A model generated the notes under the pieces. It did not search any database, was not told where the DNA came from, and worked only from the letters and a program-made list of their open reading frames with translations. Source: Trueperaceae bacterium (GTDB lineage: Bacteria > Deinococcota > Deinococci > Deinococcales > Trueperaceae). From it: a DNA stretch of 64,000 bases. Positions 19,035 through 28,814 of the stretch are shown in pieces. The first letter of the stretch is position 1. Every line of letters begins with the position of its first letter. The stretch lies in contig OZ243927.1 in NCBI GenBank assembly GCA_965213925.1, forward strand, positions 4,384,001 through 4,448,000, written 5' to 3'. The position numbers and the translations under genes are program-made.

Positions 19035-19081
19035 AAAAAAATCGCCGGGGACCTTTCGCAACACGTCCTTAGCGTATATAT
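19035..19081 (-). ncRNA. Candidate ~47-nt small RNA B (or attenuated leader of the Uma2 gene)
   Basis: Lies between TTGGCG-N17-TATACT and imperfect hairpin CGCT-AA-GGAC...GTCC-CC-GGCG followed by A and T7. Confidence 0.4.
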
Positions 19082-19087
19082 ACTTTA

Positions 19088-19151
19088 AGTATACGCCCGT
19101 ATGCGCTATTCGCCAAGAGGTTGCACTCAAACCCCGACGAAAGTCTGTATA
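19088..19151 (-). promoter_or_regulatory. Sigma70 promoter within duplicated 62-bp block, copy B
   Basis: -35 TTGGCG (19116-19111), 17-nt spacer, -10 TATACT (19093-19088). Confidence 0.7.
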
Positions 19152-19414
19152 CTCAAAGATGGACCAGCGAACGAGCTTTTCAGCTGCCTTTTTACGACCT
19201 CTTCTCGGTTTGCAAGTCGAGGTGCGGGCGTTACCGAGTCGCCCTAGACGCGCCGAGTTGCTTGAAGAGGTCGCCTGGGTTAGTCCTCGCGGCGCGCGTA
19301 AAGGACGTGCGCAAGCTGCAGAGAAAACGTTTCGCTAACCTCGCACTGAGCCCCGCTAGAAATATGAGGATTTGCGCTCCACACGTGTGAGCGCGCCGTT
19401 ACAATGGTCGGCAT

Positions 19415-20527
19415 ATGACTTTTAATGACATGCTCACCCAGTTCGTCGCCAAGGGCGCATCAGACATCCATCTGCACGCCGGACTTCCGCCGATGGCGCG
19501 TATCGGCGGCAAGCTCGTACCCGTAGGTCAAACCCAACTCACGCCCGCGATGACCGACTCGTTCGTCAAGATTATGTGCGATGACCGTCAAAAAGCGATC
19601 TTTCAGGAGAAGCATCAGGCGGACCTTGCCTACAGCATTCCCGGTATGAGCCGCTTTCGCGTGAACCTCTTTCGGCAGCGCGGCTCGGTCAGCGCGGTGC
19701 TGCGCGTGATCAACAGTGACGAGTCGCAGCTCCAGGTGGTGAATTTAGCGCCGGAACTTATCGAGTATTTCCGCGACCAAGAGAAGGGACTCATCCTCGT
19801 AACGGGTCCGACAGGCTCGGGTAAGTCCACCACGCTCTCGCGCATCATCGACGAGATCAACGTGGCGCACAACAAGATGATCATCACCGTCGAGGACCCC
19901 ATCGAGTATTTGCACCGGGCGAAAAAGTCGGTCATCGTCCAGCGGGAAATCGGCGTGGACGCGCCGTCCTTTAGCGAGGCGCTCGTCGCGGCGATGCGCC
20001 AGGACCCCGAGGTCATCATGATCGGGGAGATTCGCGACTACGCGACAGCTTCCGCGGCGATTTCCGCGGCGCAGACGGGTCACTTGGTCTTCAGCACGCT
20101 CCACACGCTCGACACGGTGCGCACGGTCAACCGCGTGATGGAACTCTTCCCGCCGCACGAACGCGACTCGGCGCGCATACTTTTCGCGGACTCTTTAGTC
20201 GGCATCGTGTCCCAGCGGCTCTTGCCGCGCATGGGCGGCGGGCGCGTGGCGGCGATGGAGATCATGAAGGGCACGCTCCGCATCAAAGACCTCTTGCGCG
20301 ACGAAGACCGCAACGCAGAGCTTTATGACGCGCTTAAAGACTCGAGGCTCGACGGAATGCAGATTTTTGACGACGCTTTAGCCGACCTTTACCGAGACGA
20401 CCTCATCGACTACGTGACCGGCATGACCGCCGCAACGAGTTCGCAAGCCTTTAAGATGGCGGCGACGCAAATTGACATCCAGAGAGACCGCAGCACGCCG
20501 AGCGTCGGACTGACCCAGTTCGGGTAA
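19415..20527 (+). CDS. pilT: PilT/PilU-family type IV pilus retraction ATPase
   Basis: ASDIHL, GPTGSGKST, TVEDPIE, RQDPEVIMIGEIRD, TGHLVFSTLH. Confidence 0.9.
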   Translation: MTFNDMLTQFVAKGASDIHLHAGLPPMARIGGKLVPVGQTQLTPAMTDSFVKIMCDDRQKAIFQEKHQADLAYSIPGMSRFRVNLFRQRGSVSAVLRVINSDESQLQVVNLAPELIEYFRDQEKGLILVTGPTGSGKSTTLSRIIDEINVAHNKMIITVEDPIEYLHRAKKSVIVQREIGVDAPSFSEALVAAMRQDPEVIMIGEIRDYATASAAISAAQTGHLVFSTLHTLDTVRTVNRVMELFPPHERDSARILFADSLVGIVSQRLLPRMGGGRVAAMEIMKGTLRIKDLLRDEDRNAELYDALKDSRLDGMQIFDDALADLYRDDLIDYVTGMTAATSSQAFKMAATQIDIQRDRSTPSVGLTQFG

Positions 20528-20636
20528 GCGATCTAAAGCTCCAGATTAAAAAACCAAGATGCCGTTCATGTGTCCTGGTTCCTTGCAGCCCTCATGCGGT
20601 TTCCGGATAAAAGGGCAGTGTGGCATACTAAAATCT

Positions 20637-21092
20637 ATGCGCTATCAGCTCGTCACCATCGGACAACTCAAGCGCGGTTTTATCCGCGAGGGGTGTCGGC
20701 ACTTTTTGACGCGCTTGGAGAAGTACGCCAAAGTCGAGGTTGTCGAGCTGAAAGAGGGTAAGGGACGCGCCGAAGAGGTCCAAGCGAGAGAGGGCGAGGC
20801 GCTGCTGGGGGCGGCGAGCGGCTACCTCATCGCGCTGGACGAGCGCGGCAAAGAGCGGCGCTCGGCTGAGCTTGCCGAGCGCATCACGGCGTTGGAAAAC
20901 CGTTCTGTCGGTCAGGTCAGCGTGCTCATCGGCGGGGCGGAAGGGCTTAGCGGTGAGGTCAAGCGGCGCGCGGACGAGTCGTGGAGCCTGTCTAAGCTGA
21001 CGCTGCCGCACGAACTCGCCCGGCTCGTCTTGTTAGAGCAGCTTTACCGCCTGGAGACGATACGCTCAGGGCATCCGTATCATAGGGAGTGA
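20637..21092 (+). CDS. rlmH: 23S rRNA (pseudouridine1915-N3)-methyltransferase
   Basis: LDERGK, IGGAEG, SLSKLTLPHELARLVLLEQLYR, HPYH. Confidence 0.95.
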   Translation: MRYQLVTIGQLKRGFIREGCRHFLTRLEKYAKVEVVELKEGKGRAEEVQAREGEALLGAASGYLIALDERGKERRSAELAERITALENRSVGQVSVLIGGAEGLSGEVKRRADESWSLSKLTLPHELARLVLLEQLYRLETIRSGHPYHRE

Positions 21093-21244
21093 TACCAATT
21101 CCGATTAATTCGCGCATGATAGCGAACCAATCTGAGCGTTTCACGAAGTCGCCAGCGGGAGCGGTTTCCTTCGGAAGTACTTCGTGAACCACGCGATGCG
21201 TAGCCTTACGAATAGGAACAAAGATACGGGTGGAGTGGACGCCG

Positions 21245-22549
21245 TCACTCCGTAGGCGCGTCGCCCACCGCTTGTGCCCAGGTGATAAAAGCGGGGTCGG
21301 TCAGTTCGGGGATGGAGAAGGGGGTGATGATGATGTCGTCGTCCTCTTCAAAGGTCCGCGGGTCGAAGAGGCTGATGGTCCCACCCAGGGCGAAGTAGAC
21401 GAAGCTATTGTTGGGCTCGTACACGGCGTCCGCCGCGCTGATGTCTGCCGCCTCTTCAGCGGCTGAGGTGATATCCGCGTGGACCGTGAACTCGTCCTCG
21501 CCCAACACGAACACGCGGCCGAGTTCTAAGAAGGGGTCGGCGATGAGCTTTCTACTCTCTTCTATCGTACCGATGCGGCTACCTAACGCGGGTTCGTCTT
21601 CTGCGTTCGGACCGGTGCTCGCGTAGTTGCGAATCGGCACGAAGCTCTCCTCGAGCAGCGTCACGAGAACGGGCGCGTCGGTAGCGGCGTCGGGGTCGTC
21701 GTCGCCGGTGTCGCGCACGAGTCCCAAATCCACAGCGTCCTGGTTGTCGTTCGGCACGTCGATGACCTCCGCTACGTCGCTGTCAGGTCCGGGGCTGGTG
21801 TCGATGTCCGGGTTGTTGTCGTTTTCGCTCGGCAGCGTGACCTCGGTGACCTGGACGCTCGTCGGGTCGTCCCGGAAGAAGTAGAGGCGGTCGCCCCCGG
21901 CGTTGGCGCGTGCTTGGCGCAGAAAGAAGCTCGAGGGCTCAATTTGGATGCTGAAGCGCTCGAGCAGCTTAGGCGGTCCCGTCTCCGGCTCCAAGTCGAT
22001 CACGTCCACTGCGGCGAGCCGCGACAAGCCGCAGGGCTCGCCGTCGTGGAGCAGCGCGGCGTAGCGCCCCTCGCTGCTGACTTGCACGTCGACGGGGCAG
22101 AAGTCCAGGTTGAGCGGCAGCTCGGGCTCGGTGGTGTCCAAAGCGTTCGCGTTAAGCGCGACGTTCTCCCTGGTCAGCTGAAAGTTCGCGAGGTTGCTCG
22201 CGCTGAGATTTTCCAGGTCAAAAAAGCTGAGAAACGCCGCGCTGCCGCTCGCCGCGTCGTCGCGGCTCAACACGACCAAGCTGTCTCTCGTGAAGTTGCG
22301 GTCGGTAAGGTCGTGGGCGACGGGCGCGGCGGGCAGGAAACGGCTGCTTCCCTCTAAAAAGGTGAGCCTGTCGGGTGAAGCGCCGGAGACCGCGAAAGCG
22401 TCCTCGACCAGAGCGACGCTGCCTTGCGCGCCCGCTTCGTAGCCGACGACGAGCAAGATGGGTGTACCCGTTTCGCTGGTGCCCGTGCAGGCGACCAGCG
22501 ACATCAGCAACGACACGAGTAAGGCAAAAAGCAAGGCGAAACGTTTCAT
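21245..22549 (-). CDS. Acidic lipoprotein, unknown function
   Basis: Signal peptide with lipobox LVA-C; last gene of the Lpt-like operon. Confidence 0.75.
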   Translation of the reverse strand: MKRFALLFALLVSLLMSLVACTGTSETGTPILLVVGYEAGAQGSVALVEDAFAVSGASPDRLTFLEGSSRFLPAAPVAHDLTDRNFTRDSLVVLSRDDAASGSAAFLSFFDLENLSASNLANFQLTRENVALNANALDTTEPELPLNLDFCPVDVQVSSEGRYAALLHDGEPCGLSRLAAVDVIDLEPETGPPKLLERFSIQIEPSSFFLRQARANAGGDRLYFFRDDPTSVQVTEVTLPSENDNNPDIDTSPGPDSDVAEVIDVPNDNQDAVDLGLVRDTGDDDPDAATDAPVLVTLLEESFVPIRNYASTGPNAEDEPALGSRIGTIEESRKLIADPFLELGRVFVLGEDEFTVHADITSAAEEAADISAADAVYEPNNSFVYFALGGTISLFDPRTFEEDDDIIITPFSIPELTDPAFITWAQAVGDAPTE

Positions 22550-22597
22550 ATTGACCTCTCTAACGTTGGCGTGAGGGTAGCGCGCATGATGAAACCT

Positions 22598-25500
22598 CTA
22601 CTCCGACCGGCGGCGCGGTAGGGCGAGCGGCGTGTCCAAGGCTTGCTGAAAGAGACCCGTCTCCTCGCCCGGAAAGCCTAGCGCGATTTCGAGCGTGCCG
22701 TCTCTCGTGTCGAGCGAGCCGTAGAGTGCCCAGCAGCAGCGGTCCCAGGTGACGTAGAGGATCGGCTGAAAGTTGAAGGCGCTGCTAAGGTCCGAGTCGG
22801 CGCTCGTGCCCGTGAAGTCCCAAATATCGTTCAGCAGCGCGGAGACGTAGACCTCATTCGTGACTCGAGCCGTCACGCCGAATTCGTCGAATTCCAGGGT
22901 GCTCGCGGTGAGTTCGCCGTCACCACTAAGCTCGGCGTTGTACTCGAGCCCGCCCTGCACGCCGAAGCGCGAGAAGAAGTCGCTGAACAGGACGAGGTCA
23001 GCGTTGTCAAGGTACGTTCTGGCGAGCTGCGCGTCCGCTAAGAGGAGTTCGCTAGAGAGGTTGACGCGAAAGCCGATGTCCCCCGCGCGGGTGCCGATGT
23101 AGGTGCTGGGCAATTCGACGAGGAACTCGAGCTGCGTGTCCCTATAGCCGCCTACGCCGCCGGAACGAGTCTCCAAGTCGCGGTCGTAGGTCGTGCTGTA
23201 GGTGAGTTCCCAAGTGCGGTCGTCGTCGGGCTGCGTCTCGTCGCGCAGGCTCACGCTGAAGTCCGCTTCGCCGTCCGGGTTGACCTCCAACCCGAGCGCG
23301 GAGGGCGGTACGAGCCTGTAGCCCGTCGCCTCGGCGCTTATAACGTCCTCCCAGGTGAGGTTGTAGAGGGTCTCGTCGGCGTCGTCGTTCGCGAAGTCGA
23401 AGGTCTGCGTGGCGCGGGCGGTGAAGGGTCCGTAGCGCCCAGTCACCTCATAACCGAGTTCTTGGGTCTCGCCCTGCGCCAAGTTGCGGGTGTAGAAGAG
23501 GCGCGCGCCGGGCAGGTCGTCCTCCTGCTCCAAGCTACCTAAAGTCGCGCCGAGTTCCAGCGGCTTACGCTCGCCGACGATCTCGTTCTCGCCGTCCACT
23601 TGGACGGTGTTGTATTCGTAGCCGCCCGAGAGGTCGACGCTGAAGAGGTTGCGGTAGCCGAGTTCGGCTTCGACGGTGGTCTCGGACTCGTCCACCTCAT
23701 CCTCCGCGCCGTCGGTGCGGTTCGTGCTGGTCGTGTCGAAGTCTTGAACGTTCTCGAAGCTGAGCCGCCCGTTGACGGTCGCGTCGGGCGAGCTTAGGAT
23801 GACCGTGGTGTCCAAGGTGCCGGGGTCCTCCTCCTCGAAGTCGTAGTCGTTGGCGAACGTGACGTCCAACCAGGTGAGGTTGCCGAACAGCTCGAGGCGG
23901 GACTCGAGCGGCCCCGCCCCTACCTCGTCGGGGGTGCGGGTGTCCACGAAGACGTAGGTCTGGTCGAGGTTCAAACGGAGCCAAGCGGAAGGCGTGAGCA
24001 CGAGGGAAGACGCGAGGTCGGTGCGCGTCTGCGACGCCGAGAGCGTGTCGAAGCGAAAGGGCGTCTCGCCCTCGTTCACGTCGCGGCGGAAGGTCGCCGA
24101 AAGCGTACCGACGCCGAAATCTTGCGCCGCGCCCAGCTCGCTATTCCAGTTTACGAGCCGCTCGCCCGTCGTGTAGTAGCGCCCCGTAAAGTCGGTGAAG
24201 CCCGATACGCTAAAGCCCGGCAGCGGCGTGAGTGTGTCTAACGACAAGCGGTGGCGCTCCACGAGCCGCCCGGCGGTGGACTTGGGCGAGAGCGACGCGC
24301 TGCGGTTGCCTGGGCTGCTCGCGTCTTCGAACACGCCCACGTCCACGAGGACCTCGGAGAGCGTAAAGGGTCCGATGCTGAAGTCCGCGCTCTCGGTCGG
24401 CTGCAGCGTGACCCGCCCGTAGGTGAGTTCGGGCGTGTTCCGCCCGGCGTAGGAGGGCAGCGTTACGTCGTCCGTTTTGTCGAAGTCGTAGTACCCTTGC
24501 GTGAAAAAGCGCGCGTCCAGAGCGTACAAAGACCCTCCGAAGAGCGTATCCGTGTAGGAGACGCCGTACTCGCCGATGCGCTGGTTCTCCTCGTCGTCGC
24601 GCTCGGCGACAACGCTCAGTTGCGGGATGTTCAAGTTCTCGATCGTGTCGTAGGCGAAGCGGAAGGAGAACGCGTTGCGGGTGCTCTCCCTTTCTCCCTC
24701 GTCTCCTTCTCCTTCGTCAAAGGCAGGCAAGTAGAAGAAATCTACCTCGCCCTGACCCTGCGCCGTGTAGAAGTTGTGGTCGAAGCCGCCGCCTATGTAG
24801 CTCTTGTCGATGCGTCCACCAAAAAAGCTCTCCGTAAAGCCGTTGCCCGCGCCCGGCGTCACGTCGGCGTAGTAGCGCAGCGAGGTCGTGCCGAAGGCGC
24901 TCGCGCCGACTACATAAGGCCAGTCGAGCGCGACCTCCGCGCCGTTGTCGTTACTCACCAGACCGGTTCCCTGGCTTATGCTGAAGCGCGGTTGGCGCTC
25001 CTGCGGACCGAGCGGGATGACGAGCAGCGGCAAGAAGAGCACGGGTGCTTCGCGCACGAGCACGCTCACGTCGAACGCGACCAAGCGGTCGCCCGGATAG
25101 AGACGCATCCTCTCGGCGCGAAACGAGTAGTCCTGCCGCTCCTGGTTGCAGCGGCTGCAGGGGCTGAACGCGCCCGAGGTGATGTTGACCTGACCCGGCA
25201 ACCGCTCCGCGCTGACGCCCTGGATGTCGATGGGCGCGGTGAAGATAAACACGTCTTGCGCCGTAAATTCCTGCGTGGAGAGGTCCACGACGTAGTCCTC
25301 GCCCTGCGTCGCGATGTCGTCGTAGGTGAGGTCGCCTGCGCCGACGATGCGCAAGAGGCGGCTCTCGCGGTCGAACTCGATGTATTCGGCGGTGATCTCG
25401 TCGTCGTCTACGCGCAGCCGCACGGGAGAGCCCGAAATCACGATAAGTTCGCCCTCGCTCCCGTCGGGCAGGGTGATGGGGCGGCGCTCCAAGGTGTCCG

Positions 25501-25600
25501 CTGAAAGCACCTCGATGCGCACGGCGAGGGCGAGCGGGGCGAGCCCTAAGAGGATGAGGCTGAGGAGGAGCCTGGGGAGCCCCGACACGACAGTCGGCAC
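22598..25600 (-). CDS. LptD-like outer-membrane beta-barrel assembly protein (about 1000 aa)
   Basis: GTG 25600 overlaps upstream TAG; signal peptide; OstA-like N-domain, FSPCSRC, C-terminal DRCCW; follows two LptF/G genes. Confidence 0.7.
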   Translation of the reverse strand: MPTVVSGLPRLLLSLILLGLAPLALAVRIEVLSADTLERRPITLPDGSEGELIVISGSPVRLRVDDDEITAEYIEFDRESRLLRIVGAGDLTYDDIATQGEDYVVDLSTQEFTAQDVFIFTAPIDIQGVSAERLPGQVNITSGAFSPCSRCNQERQDYSFRAERMRLYPGDRLVAFDVSVLVREAPVLFLPLLVIPLGPQERQPRFSISQGTGLVSNDNGAEVALDWPYVVGASAFGTTSLRYYADVTPGAGNGFTESFFGGRIDKSYIGGGFDHNFYTAQGQGEVDFFYLPAFDEGEGDEGERESTRNAFSFRFAYDTIENLNIPQLSVVAERDDEENQRIGEYGVSYTDTLFGGSLYALDARFFTQGYYDFDKTDDVTLPSYAGRNTPELTYGRVTLQPTESADFSIGPFTLSEVLVDVGVFEDASSPGNRSASLSPKSTAGRLVERHRLSLDTLTPLPGFSVSGFTDFTGRYYTTGERLVNWNSELGAAQDFGVGTLSATFRRDVNEGETPFRFDTLSASQTRTDLASSLVLTPSAWLRLNLDQTYVFVDTRTPDEVGAGPLESRLELFGNLTWLDVTFANDYDFEEEDPGTLDTTVILSSPDATVNGRLSFENVQDFDTTSTNRTDGAEDEVDESETTVEAELGYRNLFSVDLSGGYEYNTVQVDGENEIVGERKPLELGATLGSLEQEDDLPGARLFYTRNLAQGETQELGYEVTGRYGPFTARATQTFDFANDDADETLYNLTWEDVISAEATGYRLVPPSALGLEVNPDGEADFSVSLRDETQPDDDRTWELTYSTTYDRDLETRSGGVGGYRDTQLEFLVELPSTYIGTRAGDIGFRVNLSSELLLADAQLARTYLDNADLVLFSDFFSRFGVQGGLEYNAELSGDGELTASTLEFDEFGVTARVTNEVYVSALLNDIWDFTGTSADSDLSSAFNFQPILYVTWDRCCWALYGSLDTRDGTLEIALGFPGEETGLFQQALDTPLALPRRRSE

Positions 25601-26673
25601 TACCGCCTCCAGCTCAGCGACAAGAGCACGCTCGCCGCCACCGCATAGAGTGCGACGGGCAACCAGCCCGCCACGTATGCGGGGATGGTCCCCTGCGCGC
25701 CCAAAAGCTTCGAGACGCTCCACACCGCGTAGTAGATAAAGGTCAAAAAGAGCACCGAGACGAGCCCCAAGCCGAAGTTGCGGCGGAAGCTGTAGAGCCC
25801 GATGGCGAGGGCGAACATCGCAAACGCGGTCGCCGCTAAAGGCTCGGCGAACTTGCGGTGGAGCGCCGTCCACTCCGCGCTCTGCTGAAAGCCGCCGCCG
25901 TTACGCAGGCGCGACAGAAGCTCGCCCATCGGCAGCTTGGTCAGGTCGGGCGTTTCGGGGCTGCTCGTGGCGAGGTTGCGCACGGGCAAGGTCGCGCCGA
26001 CAGCGGGCGCGTCTAAGATGGGCTGTCCTTGGCGGTACTTCACGAAGCGGATGCCCTCCAAGCGCCACACGCCCGCCTCCTCATCCAACACGCCGCGCTC
26101 CGCCCGGATGACCTCTTTGGGTCCGAGCGAGTTCTCCGGCTGGATGACGGTCACACCGCTCACATTGCCACCCGGCTCCAAGCTTTCGATATAGACGCTG
26201 CGCCCGAGCGCGTCGGTGAAGAAGTTGCCCGCTTCGACTAACGCTTGCGGGCTCTGGATCAAGATATCCTTCTGGACCTCCTGCGCCCGTTGGTCGCTCC
26301 AGGGAACGACGAGTTCGTTGTTGATAAAGCTGACCGCGCTGACCGCGAGCCCTAGGAGTAAAAGCGGAATCAAAAACTGCTTAGGACTGAGCCCTAAGAG
26401 GAGCCCCGCTTTGATTTCGCTGTCTTGGTTGAGGCGGGTGACGCCTAAAAGCGCCGCGAATAGGAGCGCCAAGGGGATACCCATGCCCGCCGCGCTCGGC
26501 AAGCTGAAGAGCAAAAACTCGGCGACTAAAGCGGGGCTGACGCCCCTCGAGATCGCCCCCGCCAAGATGTCCAAGAGGTACGCGCCCAAAAGGAGAATGA
26601 GGAGCGCGGTGAAGCCCGCCGCGTAGAGCGGCAAGATTTCGCGGATGAGGTAGAAGCTGAAGCGTTTGTTCAT
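25600..26673 (-). CDS. LptF/LptG-family permease
   Basis: YLIREI, RLNQDSEI, HRKFAEPLA, AGWLP. Confidence 0.88.
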   Translation of the reverse strand: MNKRFSFYLIREILPLYAAGFTALLILLLGAYLLDILAGAISRGVSPALVAEFLLFSLPSAAGMGIPLALLFAALLGVTRLNQDSEIKAGLLLGLSPKQFLIPLLLLGLAVSAVSFINNELVVPWSDQRAQEVQKDILIQSPQALVEAGNFFTDALGRSVYIESLEPGGNVSGVTVIQPENSLGPKEVIRAERGVLDEEAGVWRLEGIRFVKYRQGQPILDAPAVGATLPVRNLATSSPETPDLTKLPMGELLSRLRNGGGFQQSAEWTALHRKFAEPLAATAFAMFALAIGLYSFRRNFGLGLVSVLFLTFIYYAVWSVSKLLGAQGTIPAYVAGWLPVALYAVAASVLLSLSWRR

Positions 26674-27731
26674 CGCAGCCGCACCGCCGCCACACCTACG
26701 CCGATAAGCCCGACCACCGCGCTCGTAAACCACGCCGCCACGATGGGCGAAAAGACCCCCTGCTCGAAGAGGTTTTCTGAGAGTGTCCAGAGCGCGAAAA
26801 AGAGCACCAACAATACAATGGTCCAGGCGAAGCCCGCGCTGCGCCCGCGAATATGCAGCCCCAACGCGCCCGCGATCAGCACGAAGATCGCGGCGCTAAA
26901 GGCGTCGGCTAAGCGCTGATGAAAGTTGAAGAGGTCGTCGCGCAGGTCGCGCCCCGCCGCGCCCGCACTCTGAATACGCCCCCACAGCTCGCTCAGGGTG
27001 AGCTGCTCCGACTCGGCGAGGTTCGTCGCGGCGTCGTCGTCCAAGTCGAAGGGCAAGATGACCTGCGCCTCTTCGTAGGGCAAGCCCTCGGCGGGCAGAA
27101 CTTCCACGCCGTCGAGCGTCCAAGTCCGCGCCACGCTGTCCCAGGTGCCGCTCTGCGCGGTAAGAAGTGCGCCGTCGTTCCGGTAGATCAAGACGCCGCT
27201 CAGCCCCGCCCTGGTGCGGTCCTCGATGTCAGCGCGGATGCGGGCGGCGTAGTAGACGCCCTCCTCTTGGGTGAACGAGGCGTCGCGCTGCGTTTCGGCG
27301 GACGGGCGGGCGTTGTAGAACGAGGCGACGAGTTCTTCCTGGGCGATCTCGCCCCTCGGCTCCAAGTAGCCGTTATTAAATACAGCAACCGCGCTCACCG
27401 CAAGCCCGAAAAAGAGGAGCGGACCGAGCAGCGAAAAGGGCGGCACGCCGAGCGCGTACGCCGCTTTGAGTTCGGAGTCTTTGGCGAGTCGTCCGGTGGC
27501 GAGTAAAACGGCGAACACCGCCGCAATCGGCAGCGAGATGTGCAAGAAGAAGGGCGTTTGGTAGAGCATGAGGCGGCCCACGTCGAGTAGCGTGGCGTCT
27601 TGCTCTAGGAGGTAACTCGCCCAGACGGTCAGGGTATCGATGGAGAGGAGCAGGCAGAACGCGGCGACGCCGAAAGCGTAGAGCCAGGTCGTTTCGCGCA
27701 GCACGTAGCCCGCTAAGCGCAACTTAAACAC
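26670..27731 (-). CDS. LptF/LptG-family permease
   Basis: YVLRE, RLAKDSELKA, HQRLA, AAWFT; GTG start 7 nt after TATACT. Confidence 0.88.
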   Translation of the reverse strand: MFKLRLAGYVLRETTWLYAFGVAAFCLLLSIDTLTVWASYLLEQDATLLDVGRLMLYQTPFFLHISLPIAAVFAVLLATGRLAKDSELKAAYALGVPPFSLLGPLLFFGLAVSAVAVFNNGYLEPRGEIAQEELVASFYNARPSAETQRDASFTQEEGVYYAARIRADIEDRTRAGLSGVLIYRNDGALLTAQSGTWDSVARTWTLDGVEVLPAEGLPYEEAQVILPFDLDDDAATNLAESEQLTLSELWGRIQSAGAAGRDLRDDLFNFHQRLADAFSAAIFVLIAGALGLHIRGRSAGFAWTIVLLVLFFALWTLSENLFEQGVFSPIVAAWFTSAVVGLIGVGVAAVRLR

Positions 27732-27924
27732 GACACGCAGTATACCCAAGACGCTATGAGAAGACTCGAGGGAAAAGCTGCAAGAATCTTCACATTTCGG
27801 TGCACAAGCTGTTCGGCGTACGGACGTAATGACTGGCTCGGCTTCCTCCGCTGCCAACCCCGCTCGGCAGGTCACATGTCTTTTTTAGATTCTTTTACTA
27901 CATTGTCAGCCAAAGAATGAACCA

Positions 27925-28061
27925 TGTCATTCTGAACGTAACCCATTCGACGTTGCTCAGGGCAGGCTGTGGAGTGAAAGAATCTCTGCATTTGCCTTCT
28001 TGTCTGGCAGAGAATGCAAGGCGAGACCCCTCGACTGCGCTTCGCTTCGCTCGGGGTGACA
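27925..28061. repeat. TGTCATTCTGA...TGACA-type intergenic palindromic element with internal insert
   Basis: Imperfect terminal IR TGTCATTCTGAACG / CGCTCGGGGTGACA; inner AAGAATCTC and GAGACCCCTCG...CTTCGCTCG segments. Confidence 0.65.
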
Positions 28062-28166
28062 ACAGTGTTGCAGAACGTAATTTACGGTGCGTTTAGAGGC
28101 GGCTCTGTACGTACGCACCTAGAAACCGCTTCATGCGCGCGGCTACCCTTTGCGGTAGACTTCGGC

Positions 28167-28814
28167 ATGGCGTTTCCTCTAAGCCGCCCCGCCCGCCTCG
28201 CGGTTTTCGTTTCCGGGCGCGGTTCGAACTTGCGCGCGCTCCGGGAGGCGTTTCCGCCCGGACATCCGCTAGCGTCGGTCCATCTCGTCGTAAGCAACCA
28301 AGCGGAGGCGGGCGCGCTCACGTACGCGCAAGATGAAGGTATCCTCGCCCACTTTGTCCCCTTCGGCAAGAACCGTGAAGGTTTCGAGCGGGCAGCGGCG
28401 GGGCTTATAGAAGGTGAAACAGTCGACCTCATCTGCTTGGCGGGGTTTATGCGCGTGCTCTCGCCGGAGTTCGTGGGCCGCTACGCCGGGCGCATCCTCA
28501 ACGTTCATCCGTCGCTCTTGCCACGCTTCCCTGGGCTCGAGCCGCAGCAGCGTGCCCTGGACGCGGGCGTGAACGAATCGGGCTGCACCGTGCACTTCGT
28601 GGACGCAGGCGTGGACACCGGGCAAATCATCGTGCAGCGGCGCGTGCCCGTCCATCCAGAGGACGACGTTCAGACCCTCTCGGCGCGAATATTAGCGGCG
28701 GAGCACCTCGCTTACCCCGAGGCGGTGCGCCTCGTGTTGGAGGGAAAAGCCGTCATGGACACGCCACAAGGCGCGTCCCAGGATGCGAAGGTCGATGGGA
28801 AGGTCGAGCGGTGA
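28167..28814 (+). CDS. purN: Phosphoribosylglycinamide formyltransferase
   Basis: SGRGSNL, LAGFMRVL, NVHPSLLP, GCTVHFV, VDTG. Confidence 0.96.
   Translation: MAFPLSRPARLAVFVSGRGSNLRALREAFPPGHPLASVHLVVSNQAEAGALTYAQDEGILAHFVPFGKNREGFERAAAGLIEGETVDLICLAGFMRVLSPEFVGRYAGRILNVHPSLLPRFPGLEPQQRALDAGVNESGCTVHFVDAGVDTGQIIVQRRVPVHPEDDVQTLSARILAAEHLAYPEAVRLVLEGKAVMDTPQGASQDAKVDGKVER

Noticed and set aside
24251..25504. 417-aa ORF
   Set aside because: Antisense shadow of the LptD-like gene
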